A stretch of 64,000 nucleotides of DNA from positions 6,572,001 to 6,636,000 of the forward strand of contig CP075497.1 of assembly GCA_021613535.1 (NCBI GenBank). The letters are read 5' to 3'. The translations under genes and the position numbers were made by a program. Numbering within the stretch: the first letter of the stretch is position 1; every line of letters starts with the position of its first letter. Of the stretch, positions 12,846 to 26,200 are shown piece by piece. The notes below the pieces were generated by a model, which made no database searches, was not told the DNA's origin, and saw only the letters and a program-made list of their open reading frames with translations. The stretch is from Adineta vaga (taxonomy: Eukaryota; Animalia; Rotifera).

Positions 12846-15322
12846 TTAGGCAATAAGTGATGGAGCAAGACGTTTTTGTGTTTTATCATAGGATTTTTCT
12901 AATTGATCAAAACGATTCCATTCTGGATTTGCTCGCTGAAAGAAAGAAAGAAAGAAAGAAAGAAAATATTTGAATAAAACGGAAAGAAGAACATACAAAT
13001 GATGCAGCACGACCTGTTGATGGTACGGATCCAATTGAGAGTGTAGCGAGAGTATCACGTGTTTGTTGTTGTTTTAATAAACGTTGATGTTTTTTCATTT
13101 CAATATCTTGTTTTAAGTGTTCTAATTCCGGATTTCGTTCAACTCGAGATGGTGCACTAACTTGTCGATGTTTCCTGATTTAGAAAATGTATAAATTTCG
13201 ATTGGAATTTTTCGAATATTTACTTTTTTGCTGCTTGTGTACTTAATTCATTTCGATATTTAACTATATTTTGAACGGATGTTGTAATCATTTGTTCTTT
13301 TATTTGTTTATCTTTTACAATGTGATCACGTCGTGTTTCACGTTCTTTTTCTCGTTCAAGTTTGACTAATTCTAAACGTTCACGTAATTCTGCTATGGAC
13401 ATTTCATCATGAACACCATGTCCAGCAACCGTTGTTAGATCAACTGGTTTCCATCGATCAATCGGAACAGATTCTAGTGCACGAATTTGTTGAATTAATT
13501 CGGCACGTTGTCTCATTTCAGCTTCTGCCTATTATTATTAAAATAAAGAAATGATCAATAAAACTAATTTCAATCATTTCATTACATCTTCAAGAGCTTG
13601 TTTCATCATTTGTTTCATTTCTTCTTTATATTGTTTAACAAAATCTGCTTTATATTGTTGAAGTTTTTGTTGAGAAAGTTTAGCATTTTCTCTTCCAGTA
13701 ACAACATCATCAATTAATTGTCTATGAAATTTTTGATATTAGTGAAATCAATTTCAATTCTTTGACCTACTTCATTCTTTGTTCTTCTTTGACTTTTTCT
13801 TTGACATGTTCTTCAACAATTGCTCGTGTTTCACGTTTCAATTCTTCAGCTAAACGTCGATTTTCATCAGCTAAGCGTTGTCGTGCTAAGATTGCCTCTT
13901 CATAACTCATTTTTCCTTCTAATTTTTTTCGTTCAATCGCATTCATCTGTTCTTCATAATCTTGTTTTTGCATTGCTTGTTGCCAAGTAAGAAATTCACT
14001 TGCATCTTTTCCTCCAGCTTCAAAATCAAGTAAACGTCGTCGAACATCTTCTTCTTGTTTCTTATACAATTGACTTTCTTTTAATACAGTTGCAACGTTT
14101 AATTTCACAGGTATTTTATTTGCCTAAAATAAATAATCGAAATGAATTTCATATGGAAATGAATAGTTTTACTTGAGATTTAGGTGGTGGATTAGCATGA
14201 AAGTGTTCAAATTGAAGTTCATTATCACGTTCTTCCGTTATTTTAGTTAATTTTGATTGAGTTTTCGATGATTTTTCTGTTTGCATGAAATTGCCAGTTA
14301 GTGATCGTGTTTCATCGAGCTTTTGTAAACTACGACGATAATTTTCTTCACGGATTTTCTCTAATTCTAATTCTTCTCGACTGGGTTCGTATGTTGTTTT
14401 AGGCACTGGACGAGATTTTTCCATTTGTGGAATCTAAATTTCAAAAAACGAAAGGCGTAGAAAAAAACTAAACAAATGAAAGAAAACGAACTATTTTTGG
14501 AATGGGTACAGTTCGTGGTTTCGGAGCAGTTAAATTGAATGGTTTAGCTTTTGTTGGTTCAGGAACTTGCCGTGCTGCAATACGCCCATCAATAGCATCC
14601 GAAAGATCAAGTAAAATCGAGCGTAGATCAGGTAGATATCTACAAATTGAGATCGATGATTAAAGAATGACAAACGATGTGTACATACGTTTTAATAACT
14701 CCGGAAACTTTGCCACTCATATATTCTTCATCATAAACTTTCATACATTGTTGTTCAATTGCTTCGAGATGTTTTTCATTGATTAAGAATTTCAGAAACT
14801 AAAAAAACAGACTCGAAATGATGATATTCAAAATGAGAAATCATTTTACTAGATGAATTCGATTCAAATGAATTGAATTGATAAAACCACGTAATAATTT
14901 CATTTGAATTGTATCAAGTTGAAAAAAAATCAAATAAGCAATCACTAAACAAAAACATACGAACCATTCATTATATAGTTTTTCTCAAGTTATTTTCTTT
15001 TTCAAACCTTTATACATATTTTTTTCTGATTTTCGTACATTAACTCCGTCAGTTGTATAAAAAATTTCGATAATCGTTTTTAATAATGTTGAATGTCGAA
15101 TACAATCGAATAAAATGGTTGATACAAATGCTTCGTTTGGAACCTAAATATAACAATTATGTTAGTATTCGAAAAGGAAAGTTTTTCAAAGAAATAAAAT
15201 ACTTGATTCGCTCGAAAATAATCTTCGAGAAATACTTCTTCCGAAACATTTTCTGTGTATTCATTCAACACTTGTACGCAATGATAAAAAAGTTCACTAT
15301 AGGTATTAGCGTTTCTATTCAT
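12846..15322 (-). CDS. CFAP99: Cilia- and flagella-associated protein 99 (coiled coil; multi-exon)
   Basis: ELIQQIRALESVP..KPVDLTTVAGHGVHDEMSIAELRERL, TKAKPFNLTAPKPR and GGKDASEFLTWQ resemble CFAP99. ATG at 15322, last exon ends at 12846. Confidence 0.8.
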
Positions 15323-15371
15323 TTCAAATGAGCACAAAACTAATCGAGTAAAATTGCCATTGATGATGTAT

Positions 15372-15384
15372 GTGTCATGGTAAC
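15372..15384. promoter_or_regulatory. X-box-like motif ~50 nt upstream of CFAP99
   Basis: GTGTCATGGTAAC (GTTACCATGACAC on -), with a strong GGTAAC RFX half-site, next to a ciliary gene. Confidence 0.55.
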
Positions 15385-15643
15385 AGAAAAGAGATCATTC
15401 ATTAATAATTAATAAAAACGAGAATATGAAAATCTAATCAGAAATATATTGTTAGTTATTTTTATTTTTATTTCTAAAATAAAAATTGAAAAAATGATTT
15501 CTATTGGTTCCTATTTCATCGAATACAAATATGAGATTCAGTACTCAGCAGTCATTCATTCCTTCGCTTCGCGTTCTCTTTCTTCACATCCATCCCGAAT
15601 GAGTTTTTTATTTCCCCATTGTGTCGATCCTCACCAAGGTCGA

Positions 15644-18357
15644 ATGTACATTCAAATCATTTTGCTTCTGCTATTTCAAAGTAAGAATCCTTTCATGAAA
15701 TCCCAGAATATTTTCAATTTTCAATTTTTAATTTTAGTCTCATTTACCTATAAAACAAATCCAACACCATGGTTTTGTACAGATCCTAATGCATTAGATT
15801 CGACTGTTGAAATCTCACAAAAATTACCATCATGCCTACCTGGCTATGTTATTGACATCGAAGATGTCGTCTATGAATCGACTACGGATGGCAAATGTTC
15901 AGGCAAAAGTTTATGTAGTATACATAGTAAAAATACTCTTCTATTTGCATGTAATCAGAAACAAGTATGTAGTGTAGAAATACGACATTTTCGCTTTCAT
16001 ATTAATTCGACATGCGGTTCAACCGTAAGATTTTTTACTAAATATCGTTGTTTACCTGTTATTCACGAACAAAAAGATTATCTTTGTGAATCATCTTTAC
16101 GTCGACCAAATTCTGTTGATGTTAAATTGTCTTGTCAACGAAATTATCGTTTACATATAACATTAGCATTAGTTGGTATTAGTATCAAACAACAAAATGA
16201 TGAGAATCAACAACGTTTCAAATGTAATAAAGACACATATTGGCTTTGTAATCATTATGTACCTGATGCTTATCGAAGTGTATGTAGTAGTCAATTAAAT
16301 CGAGGAATTGGAGATTTTTGTGAAATCAAATCTTATGATCGACCAAGATTAAAAGGTTGTCAATATGGAGAAATATCAAATTTTTCATCAGTAGAATATT
16401 CATGTATACCAGGTAATTATAAATTTAGAAGAAAAAACAGATTTTTTCTTGTATTATCTTCTTTCTACTAGGTGAAGGTATTACAGAAGATCTTCCACGA
16501 ATTGATATCTGTTCAGATGATCTATCCGAACAGATCAATGTTAATCATGGTCTTCTTCATTCTCCTAATTATCCTCATCCAGTAGGCAAATATTTATCAT
16601 GTAAAAAACAAATACATATTACACGTGAATCTCGTCTCCGTTTATTTATGCTTGAAAAATCGATTGAATATTATCATGAATTAAACATTCGTTTGTTAAA
16701 TAATGAACCAAATATACCACGTACATTAGCCAAAAATGAATTACTCGATACAAATATAACTAGTCAACAGAAAAATGAAATTCTTCAAATTGAATTAAAA
16801 ACAAATCATGTTGGTGGTGGAAACTTTTTACTTTATTTTCAAGGTAAAACTCTTCGATAAACACTTGTTCGTCTCGACGTTTTCTCTTTCTTCTTCGTCT
16901 CATCATATAAGGCGAACAAATTGAGAAGAACACTGTACGACTATCATGTCATATTTTATGACTAATGATCAACACGTACAGACCATTAACTCGTTTGCTA
17001 ATTTATTCTAGTCGATTCTCGCATCTCGGAATATGCACCGTTGGTTCTTGAAGCTAATAGGAAAACATCCGATCAGGGTCGACGGCAAAAACCGTTGGTT
17101 AAACGAGATTGGGGTAAGTTATATGAGGACAAAAAAAATCGTCTATTACTTATTTAATAACTCTTCAATGATCATAAAAATAACTGTAAATAGTCGTTAT
17201 GAATTACTATTTACTCAGTGAAGATGAGAGTTACTATGGATATTAAACGGAATGTAAAATAAATATTTTTTATGTGAAAACTTTTCTAATCAATCATACT
17301 GATTGATGAATCTTTCGAAGGATAATGTCAATAAAGACAGAAGACATATGATATTATTTTGTTTCTTTTTTTTTTTGTTCGCTGGAATAAGAACTATGAA
17401 TAGAAACGATTTAAAAATTATTCCGTCGAGACGGAAATGTTTTATTTAAAGAATAAACTAAGCTTTATGTAACGAGAGAATTAACATCATTGTACCTTTT
17501 GATGTCGAGAAATAGTGATTAGAAGTCTTACATCATACATTTATTTAATAGACGACCTTGAAAGAGAATACGAGAGAGTTGAAAAGAAAAAGGTCACAGT
17601 ATTGAACTCGTTTTTCTCATTAGTTTCTTCTTGAGAAAGTTGGAAGTATAATCAAGTGCGTTTATTCGGCTGTTGTGCAAGAGTAATTTATGTCCTTGGA
17701 GAAATGATTTGTATGAAGAAAAAAAAGAAAACTTCAATGATTTATTGTAATAATATTCTTTTAGGAATTGTTATTGGGAGTTTAATCGGTCTTATTTTTG
17801 TTGTCGTGGCTATTACTGTTGTTCTTCTCATCGTTCGCATATCAAAGTTAGTTAATTGAATTTATTTGTTGATGATAAATTTGATTTTCGTTTGCAGACG
17901 TCGTCGTGCCGAATCGTTAAAATATCTGAAAAGTGATGATGATCACTGTCAACATTTGAATGCACCATCAACCAATTATCCACCTCCGCCAAGAAAACCT
18001 ATTCAAATTGAACATCCACATCTATTACCATCATCATCATCAACAACAACAATAATTCCATCATTACCGAGTAATCATCGAGTAAATACTTCGTCATCAT
18101 CAGGAATCCATGATGGTCTATCTGATCGTGAATCTCTTATTAAACAATCAACACGTTCTCATGCAACAAGTACGAATTTAGATGATTTCTATGAAGAAAT
18201 ACGAGATCATCATCAACACATTAATTTAGATTTAGAAAGTAATCCTTATCTTGAACCAAAATCTTTCGAAGATCGAAGAAAATTTTTCGAAGAGAATAAA
18301 ATTTCTCAACCAATTCGAGATCATAATGAGGTATTCTATTATGAATATGATAGATAA
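15644..18357 (+). CDS. Type I membrane protein: signal peptide, two SUEL/Gal-lectin-like Cys-rich modules, CUB-like domain, TM helix, Tyr/Pro-rich tail
   Basis: Signal-like MYIQIILLLLFQ; two Cys-rich repeats (SCLPGYVIDI..CNQKQVC..KYRC and SCQRNYRLHI..VEYSC); CUB-like GLLHSPNYP..C..F.LYF; TM GIVIGSLIGLIFVVVAITVVLLIV followed by RISKRRR; cytoplasmic YEEI and NPYLE. Confidence 0.7.
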
Positions 18358-18672
18358 GCTTTTTGTCCTTGCTTTAATTCACGCTTGCTTCTGTTTTTAT
18401 TCCACTGCTTCTTTTTATTCTGCACATTGAATGGTATTTGTTCTGTAATATAGTCATTGTTATTTGTTCTGTTAACATTTGAATAATTATTCTAGTCATT
18501 TAATTCTATGTTGTGTTTAAACCGTATTTACTTTTCTTGTTCTGTTGTACCATATAAATAAAACAAATTTCAATCAAATGCTTCCCTACTGCTTCATACT
18601 ATGCTTCGCTTCTCTCCGTATTAATTCGCAAGTTAAATAGATTTCATTCATCTTTCCTATGAATATACTTAG

Positions 18673-18975
18673 ACTGGCCAACGACTGCGTCGACCAGCAC
18701 CATTAGCTACACCAGATCACAACAATCGTCGTTTAGGAAGTGCTCTGTGTGATGCACCTATGGCAAGTACGGAAACGTTAGATGTTGGAAATAATGCTGT
18801 GAAAAATGATCAAATGAAACGACCAAATCAACCACCACCAAAAATTCCACCACCACGAATGGACTTACATCATCCAAAGCCAAGTGCACCACCTCTGGAT
18901 TTATTACATAGTGAACACTCACGTCCAAATCCGCATCCACGTCATATTCAACATCAAAATCATCATCTTGTTTAG
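18673..18975 (+). CDS. Probable alternative terminal exon of the SUEL/CUB membrane protein (Pro/His-rich)
   Basis: Phase-0 donor GAG|GTATTC at 18330/18331 and acceptor TTAG|ACT at 18672/18673 give a continuous frame to TAG at 18975. AATAAA at 19119-19124. Confidence 0.6.
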   Translation, partial: TGQRLRRPAPLATPDHNNRRLGSALCDAPMASTETLDVGNNAVKNDQMKRPNQPPPKIPPPRMDLHHPKPSAPPLDLLHSEHSRPNPHPRHIQHQNHHLV

Positions 18976-19357
18976 AATAGAACATAAAAAAAGAAGCTTT
19001 TCGTACTTTTTTGTGCAACTCGATTAAATAGTGACTGCCTGTACTTTGTATTTCTAGTCTAATTGATTTTTCCTATATGATGTATTCTTGAATGCAATTT
19101 TTTAGTTGAACAAAACAAAATAAAGCCATGATACTATGCAAAAAAACAAGTCTTTTGAACTTGTCGTTTTCAATTGTTTCTTCAAGTATTTCCGATATCT
19201 GAGTTAAGTTGTTATTATTTTACTTTGATGATGTATGGAAATAAGTGTGCCGCTCCTTTCCATCTTCTTTTTTTCTCTATAAGAGGCGATTTATCAGACA
19301 AACGAACAGAATGAATAATTATTATTAATTGCGACTCGTCTCGTTCGTTCACACACT

Positions 19358-19359
<2 letters not shown>

Positions 19360-19387
<28 letters not shown>
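19360..19387. repeat. (TC)n microsatellite upstream of the Smad gene
   Basis: About 14 tandem TC units. Confidence 0.9.
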
Positions 19388-19390
<3 letters not shown>

Positions 19391-19569
19391 TCTCTTTCTC
19401 TGTTGGATATAATAGACATTGATTCGCTATATGGAGAAGAAAACAATTGTTTTCTCCTTTTCACATGATCAGAATGTATATAATCGTTTAGCAACCAAGC
19501 AATTCCGCAATCGTTCTAACATACCAAAGACGTAACGTATTATCGATTAGTTGAAAACAACAAGCAAAT

Positions 19570-20927
19570 ATGAATGATTATCATGATCGAAAATCTTTCA
19601 ATCTTCAAGTTCTACGTTCCAAAATTGTCAATTGGAAACAAGGACATGAAGATAATGATCACAGTCAACGTGCAGTCGATTTTCTTATTAAAAAATTGAA
19701 AAATTCTGATGGTAAATTCTTTATTTTACTATTCATAGAATTCATTTCGTATATTTTAGGTGTTCTTGATTCTTTAGCAAAAGTTCTACTAAATCCTCAT
19801 ACACCAAGTCCATGTATAACAATTCCTCCATCTGTTGATAAACGTATACAAATTGTTTATCGAAAAGAATTTCCACATGTTGTCTACTGTCGTCTATGGC
19901 GTTTTGCTGATCTACAAAACTATCACGAATTAATTCCATCAGGTCAATGTCGATATCCATTTTCTTCCGGAAATAATCGAAATCAAAAACATGTTTGTAT
20001 CAATCCATATCATTATGATCGTGTACCATCACAAGGTAAAATAGTGCATCATTAAATTCTTTTCGAATCTATTGTATTTTCTTTTCTAGTTCTTCCATCA
20101 ATTATCGAACCAAGAATTAATAATGAAAATACTCCACCTACACCACCACCATCTATGTATTCACCTGATCCTTGTAGGTTACCTTGACAATCCTTTTGTT
20201 AATGATCTAAAAAAGAAAAGTGTATCTGTTGAATTTAGATTCACCTCAATGGAATAATCAACATGTTTTATCTTCTTGGTGTACAGTAAATTATTATGAA
20301 TATAGTAATAAAGTTGGTGAACAATTTCGTGCATCATCATCAAGAATATTTGTCGATGGATATACTTCACCATATCGAAATTTCACAAATCGATTTAGTT
20401 TAGGATTATTAGAAAATGTTAAACGACAGAAAGGTGTTGAATATGTTCGAGCAACTATTGGTAGAGGTAAATTATTTGATGATGATGATGATGATATTAA
20501 AAAATATTCATATCGTTCTTTTCAAGGAATTGAATTAATCGAACATTCAAATGGTGATGTATCCATCCGAAATCGTTCTTGGTCATGTTCAGTCTTTGTT
20601 CAATCTGTTCTCTATAATCGTTTAAATGGTTGGAATGATTCGACTGTAAATCATTTACCACCTCGTCAATCTATTCATTCAATTTTCAATTCAACAATTT
20701 TTAATCAACTCATTCATGATCCCCTAGCAACCTATGAAACAATTCTTGATTCAACGAAATTATGTACCATTCAAGTTAGTTTTAAATATGGTTGGGGTTT
20801 TGAATATGGTCAACGAGAGATAACTTCAACACCATGCTGGTTATCGATTTTAATCAATGAACCACTTCGTCTCATAGATACTCGTTTACAACAATTGCAA
20901 CCACAACAAGCAACTACATCTAGTTGA
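19570..20927 (+). CDS. Divergent R-Smad-like protein (MH1, short linker, MH2)
   Basis: MH1: PCITIPPSVDKRIQIVYRKEFPHVVYCRLWRFADLQNYHEL..CINPYHY. MH2: WCTVNYYEY..VGEQF..FVDGYTSP..RFSLGLL..GWGFEY..TSTPCW. Ends ATTSS. Confidence 0.9.
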
Positions 20928-21790
20928 TGAAAAATAAAATAAATCGATGTGTGTGCCTGTGTGCTTTTTCTTTTTTGGTACTCTTTATACTGAAAACTAA
21001 CGATTAAGAATGGGTGCGTGTGAAGAAAATAAAAAGAAAGAAAAGAAAACATATGTTGCACGCAGCTGTGTGCTTGATTTTTTTCTTCTTTTTCTATCAT
21101 TTACCGCAAAATGAAGATATTTTTGCTGTAGACAACGTCGCCGAAGCGACGCGATAAAGAGAAAAATGGGACTTTTTTTCTTTTCATCATGTTATGTATA
21201 GGGAAAAAAAACAATATTCAATCATCAAGTCAAAAAATGTCCAATTAATTTGATCCTGGTTAATAATACTCGAAAAAAAGAAGATATATATATACATAAT
21301 TATAGTTTGTTTGTATTCTTTATTCCCCTCATTTGAGCCTAACCAAAGAAAAAATGTTGAAATCTGGTTAGTTCGAATAACATTTATGTACGAACATATG
21401 TTTTTCTGCAATAACACAATTGATGATGCGAGAAAGGAAAAAATGCGAAAAGAGAAGGATATAAAAAAAAGCAAATACGATTTAATCGCGAATCGTCCTC
21501 TTTAAGGGTAGGTCTAGAGTGTTATAGACGTCGTGTCAAGGAAAAAATGTTTTTTTTTCATGATGGAAGAGTAAAAGAGAAAAACACATATAACTATGAA
21601 GAAAAAAGAAAAGGAGAGAAAGAGGCAAACAGACAAAAACAACCAAGTAACATAGAAGCAAAAATATTTTCTTTCTTTTCATCGACGACCGAAACAGCAG
21701 CCGGGGTTGAGAAAGAGAGAGGGAGAGAGAAAGAGGGAGGGAAAGAGAAAAAAGGAGAAGGGGGGTTTCGTTGTTGCTGGGTGCTGGGAA

Positions 21791-21797
21791 TATAAAG
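21791..21797 (+). promoter_or_regulatory. Candidate TATA box of a non-coding (miRNA host) transcript
   Basis: TATAAAG after a GA-rich stretch, followed ~220 nt later by a consensus donor GTAAGT (22010), with no substantial ATG-initiated ORF. Confidence 0.35.
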
Positions 21798-23080
21798 GCA
21801 TCGAGAAAGACATAGAAGCTCTCTGCACTGCGACAGAATGCAATCAACAGTTAGTCGTTCTATACTGTCTCTTGGTACAATCTAACAACAGTTATATTTG
21901 GAATTTTATAACCATTTGCTGTTTCAACACCTATAGCAAATAACAACGGTGATTGTTGTCTATGATCTGATAGATAGAATCAAAGATCAACTTCTCAATG
22001 TCAATAGATGTAAGTAAAAGTTAACAATAATAGAATGAATTTTATTCCGAAATAACGTTTCCAATTTTTTAAGGTTTTTTTCTTCTCTTGCTCTTTGAAT
22101 TATTATTTTTCTTAACAAAAATATTTTTTTAATTAATTATTTCTATCAATATATAATCACTATATTTGACACAGAGAACATGCATAGAAGAAAAGAAACA
22201 GCTGATGATACCTTTATCTTTAAGTGCACCCTTTCGTTCGGTAAATAGCGCGGCACAGGCAAATAAAAATCTATGTGTGTGTGTATGGACGTGTTTTTTT
22301 CTTCTTTTCTTTATTTCGATATGATACTTGCTGCTTGTCAGGTGTTTTGCATACGAACGTCATCGACATCCTCTCATCTTTCGTCTAACATTCATATTGA
22401 TTCAATTTGAAGAAAAAACAAAAAGAATGTATTTAGGATTCGAATATCTAGAATAGATTTCATCAAAAAGTAATCAAATAAAACTGAAGTAATAGTATCA
22501 AAGATAAAGAAGACCATTTTGGATGATATAAAGAATACAGCATAAATGTATTTATAAGTAAAAGATAATATATGTCTAAAGAAACTAATAGCGAGTATTT
22601 TCGGATTAAAAGAGATTTTGCAGTATATTAAATAGAAAAAAAAAAATTAATTCTATCTATCAAAAGATTTTAAAATAGATTTCAATTCGAATAACTAATG
22701 ATCTCATCTTTCTTTCTTTCTTTCTTTCCTTCTTTCTAGCTTTTCAAACATACATGGAATAAGAATCTATACTCAGCAATTTGAGAACAAGGTACTGACT
22801 ATTTTTTCATCACCTTTAGATCAAAGTTCTTTCCAAAAGCACGACCATGTAATGTTCAACGAGTATGCGAAAATGACTAGCTATTTTAGTTCGTTGTGAA
22901 TTCATATGCCGAAATGTCTCCATTTGATGATTGTTATTGTGGAATAACGAATTTGAGAACTATACATACAGAAATTCACTATAGACCAATTCGCAGGCAA
23001 TTAAGTTATTCAACGGTGGTCTATTTCAATTGAAAGTTAGAGTAAAAGATGAATTTTTCTCTTTTCGAAGATGTTTATTG

Positions 23081-23266
23081 CAGGGGCGGATCCAGGATTT
23101 TCATGAGGGGGTGGCGGTTTATGAAAAAAATCGAAAAGTAGTATTATTTTTGAAAAAAACCTAGTAATCTCCCTGTTTTCTTTTTTCATATTTCTGTTCA
23201 TCGTCAATATATCTATTTTTGAGGGGTGGCGGTCGCCGAAACGCCGAACAGCTAGATCCGCCACTG
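23081..23266. mobile_element. 186-bp MITE, hAT-like non-autonomous element
   Basis: Terminal inverted repeats CAGGGGCGGATCCAG / CTAGATCCGCCACTG (13/15 match). Perfect 8-bp target site duplication GTTTATTG at 23073-23080 and 23267-23274. Internal repeat GGGGTGGCGGT occurs twice. Confidence 0.9.
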
Positions 23267-26200
23267 GTTTATTGTGTTTAACTTCAAAACACTAAAACTT
23301 CTCATACGGTACATAAAAGATCCACCTATTCTCTTCTTCATCACTTAAATTTAGTTGAAGACTGTTGAGTTTTTTTCGACACATCTTGTTCAGTCAGTAA
23401 TATCTCTTAGAGAAACTTCCATCGGAGAACTAGTACCGATTAATAGACTAAATTATTCTGTGGGACGTTTGTACTCGTGATTGTGTATCATTCGCAAGTG
23501 AAACAAGAGTTATCTGCTTTGAACTAAGTTCTAATAAGAAAGAATTTAGATAGGATGATGCTTCGTTAGGAAATCTGATGCAAATATGTCGAAAAGAATT
23601 GGAGAGAGAATCCCTTAGAACATAGGAGATTCTTAAAAATCGCTTCGTGTAACGTAGCGCATTTAACTATGATTTCGAAAACATAGAATCTTTTCTACTC
23701 TATACGTACCTCAAATATACAACTTTTCTTTTCTCTACACCTCTGACTTTGCCCCTTTCTCTTCTCTTTCATCCCTTCAATCTGATTTTTTTATTATTAC
23801 TTGTACATACATCATATTTCTTATATGCATTCTTTAGGAAAATAAAGCAAAATCGACCAATTGCTTTTGCTCGTACATCAGCTGGTTGTCTTCGATTGGT
23901 TGACAATATGTTAATATTTGTCTCGTTTCTTTTCTTTTCTTGTTCGAACAAGCGATACACAGACAACAGTTAGTAAAAGTAAGAGAGAAAAAGAAAGAAA
24001 GAAAGATGAAGGGTTGTATGAGATGAAAAAGGGACAAAGCATTTCATATACTCATCCGTCCAACATATTCTCGCCAGTCAGTCATTATCAATAGGTTTTT
24101 TCACGGATGACAGAAAATTTAACGATAATTGCATCAATTATTCTTAATTTATATCAGATACTTTAACATGGGTATATATATATGTCATGAAAAAGGTAAA
24201 TTATATCTTTTCTCTCTTTCTTATTAACCGATGTGAACTGTTTTAATCGAATGATTACATTCTAATAGTAACGTATCTATAAGGAAGGAACGATATCTAC
24301 TTTCATTAGTACTGCAATTTATGAATAATACAAGTCTTTCGTCTTCGACGAAGTAAGATAGATGTAGCATGAATGTAAATATCACTTTCCACCGAGAAAT
24401 ATATGCCAACAATCAAACTTTGATCATATAAAATCTTGTTTTAGTTTAGACCATCAACTATGTGAACTGGCATACAATCATCATTCTATTTCAATGGGAT
24501 TATAAGGTATATTAGATAAGACATTTTATTTGGAATGTTAATAGAAAGAAAAGAAAATTCGAAACATAAAATAATGACTAAATCATACTGATAAGTCACG
24601 AGATATTGAAAGTTTTTGATTCTTCAATTTTTCAGTTGAAAACAGTAGGATAGTTTCACTATCTATCCGCATTGAATTTTTCTTTAGAGAAATGAATAGA
24701 TTCATTTGTATCTTAGTTTTTCTCTCTGAAATCATTCGTTCGATATGTCACTTTCAGACTTAGTTTTTCGGCTCACATATGTTTTCTAAGGGCAAAATAT
24801 AATAGATATGTTTTTTTGTATATCATGGTAAATAGGAGTTCTGATGTCAATCTGTACAAATAAGAACATAAAAACTCAACATGTTCTTGGGCACATCTGC
24901 TGTTAGGATGATAGATGTTTTGTACTTCTGTACTTCTTCTTTTTCCTGCACATATTATCATTAGGTTATATTATGTCTTTTGCAACGATATATTGGTAAT
25001 AATAAAAGAAGAACTTTTCATAGTTGTCGCTAATGTTCGTCTTCTCATTTATTTATCTTTCTTTACTGTATATATTGACGCACATTTAGATAAACGAACC
25101 GGTCGTTCGACCAGATGATTTCTGCCGAAGTATCTACTTGTTTTTGCTTCAAACGCGATGTTCTCATTTTGACAAGTCGACTCCGTTTTTCCCTCTTTTC
25201 TTTTCTTTTCTTGCGGTAAACGCGTTATTCTCTACATCAAATATATATATATATATTATACTTGCATCTATAAGTCATCCTGGTTCGCTCTTCGTTGACG
25301 TCATATAGTCGAGAGATGCGAATACACCAAAACATTGTGTAAGAAAAGAGAAAGACACTTGATCAGAGTATTTTTTTTCTTTCTTCCTTTTCTTTTTTTG
25401 CTTGGAAAGGAAAAAAAGGGGGAGAGGAAAACACGATGATAATAATGAAAATCTAGTTTAGACGTCTTTTATATCACTCGGGATCGAGAAGAAAAAAAGA
25501 AAAAAGAGAAAATACGACGACAGAAAACATATGAGAAGATGAATAGTTGTTACTTCCAACACTAAAGCACGCACATACATATAAGTTACACTTATTAAAT
25601 ATACTATCACCATAGATCCATATATATATGCGTGTTCATAATAGTTAACTCAGTCTAAGTTCAGATTTTGGAGTGTATTATTTTTAATCATCATTATTAT
25701 CTCTCTCTTTCTCTCATATGATTATCCAGTCATATCAAACGAATCATCAACATTCGTAAACAACTATTACCTCTATTAAATCTTTTAAGTATCCATACTC
25801 ATATTTTTATCTCTGTTTCATTCTTAAGTTAAACTATAATGAATAAAAATAACTCATGTAATTAAGAGAAAGAAATTTTCTTTTATCCAGGTACGTCATT
25901 TTTCTTATCTAAAGAAAATTTTTCTCTTCATCTCAATTTGTTCCTATTTCCATATTCATTCTTTCAATGTTTGATTCCTGGCATTCTTCTTTCTCTCTTC
26001 TTTTCTTTTTTCCTAAACAAGACATCTGAAGCTGAGTTGATTTTTCATTTTCATCATCATCATCATCATTATTATTGATGAACAACAACAAAATAAAGTA
26101 ACTAATGAAATAAGCAATAGTCGTTTGTTTTGGCGCGCTTAGTTTTTCCAAGTACTAACTTTCAAAGTAAGTGTGAAAGGCAAAACTAATTCGTTATAAT

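Noticed and set aside
25605-25680. Possible miR-100 remnant (CACCATAGATCC...)
   Set aside because: The seed does not match ACCCGTA and the fold-back is poor.
25753-25774. let-7-like sequence on the minus strand (AGAGGTAATAGTTGTTTACGAA)
   Set aside because: It shares only GAGGTA, has no pairing arm nearby, and is on the opposite strand to miR-125. At most it is a chance let-7-complementary site.
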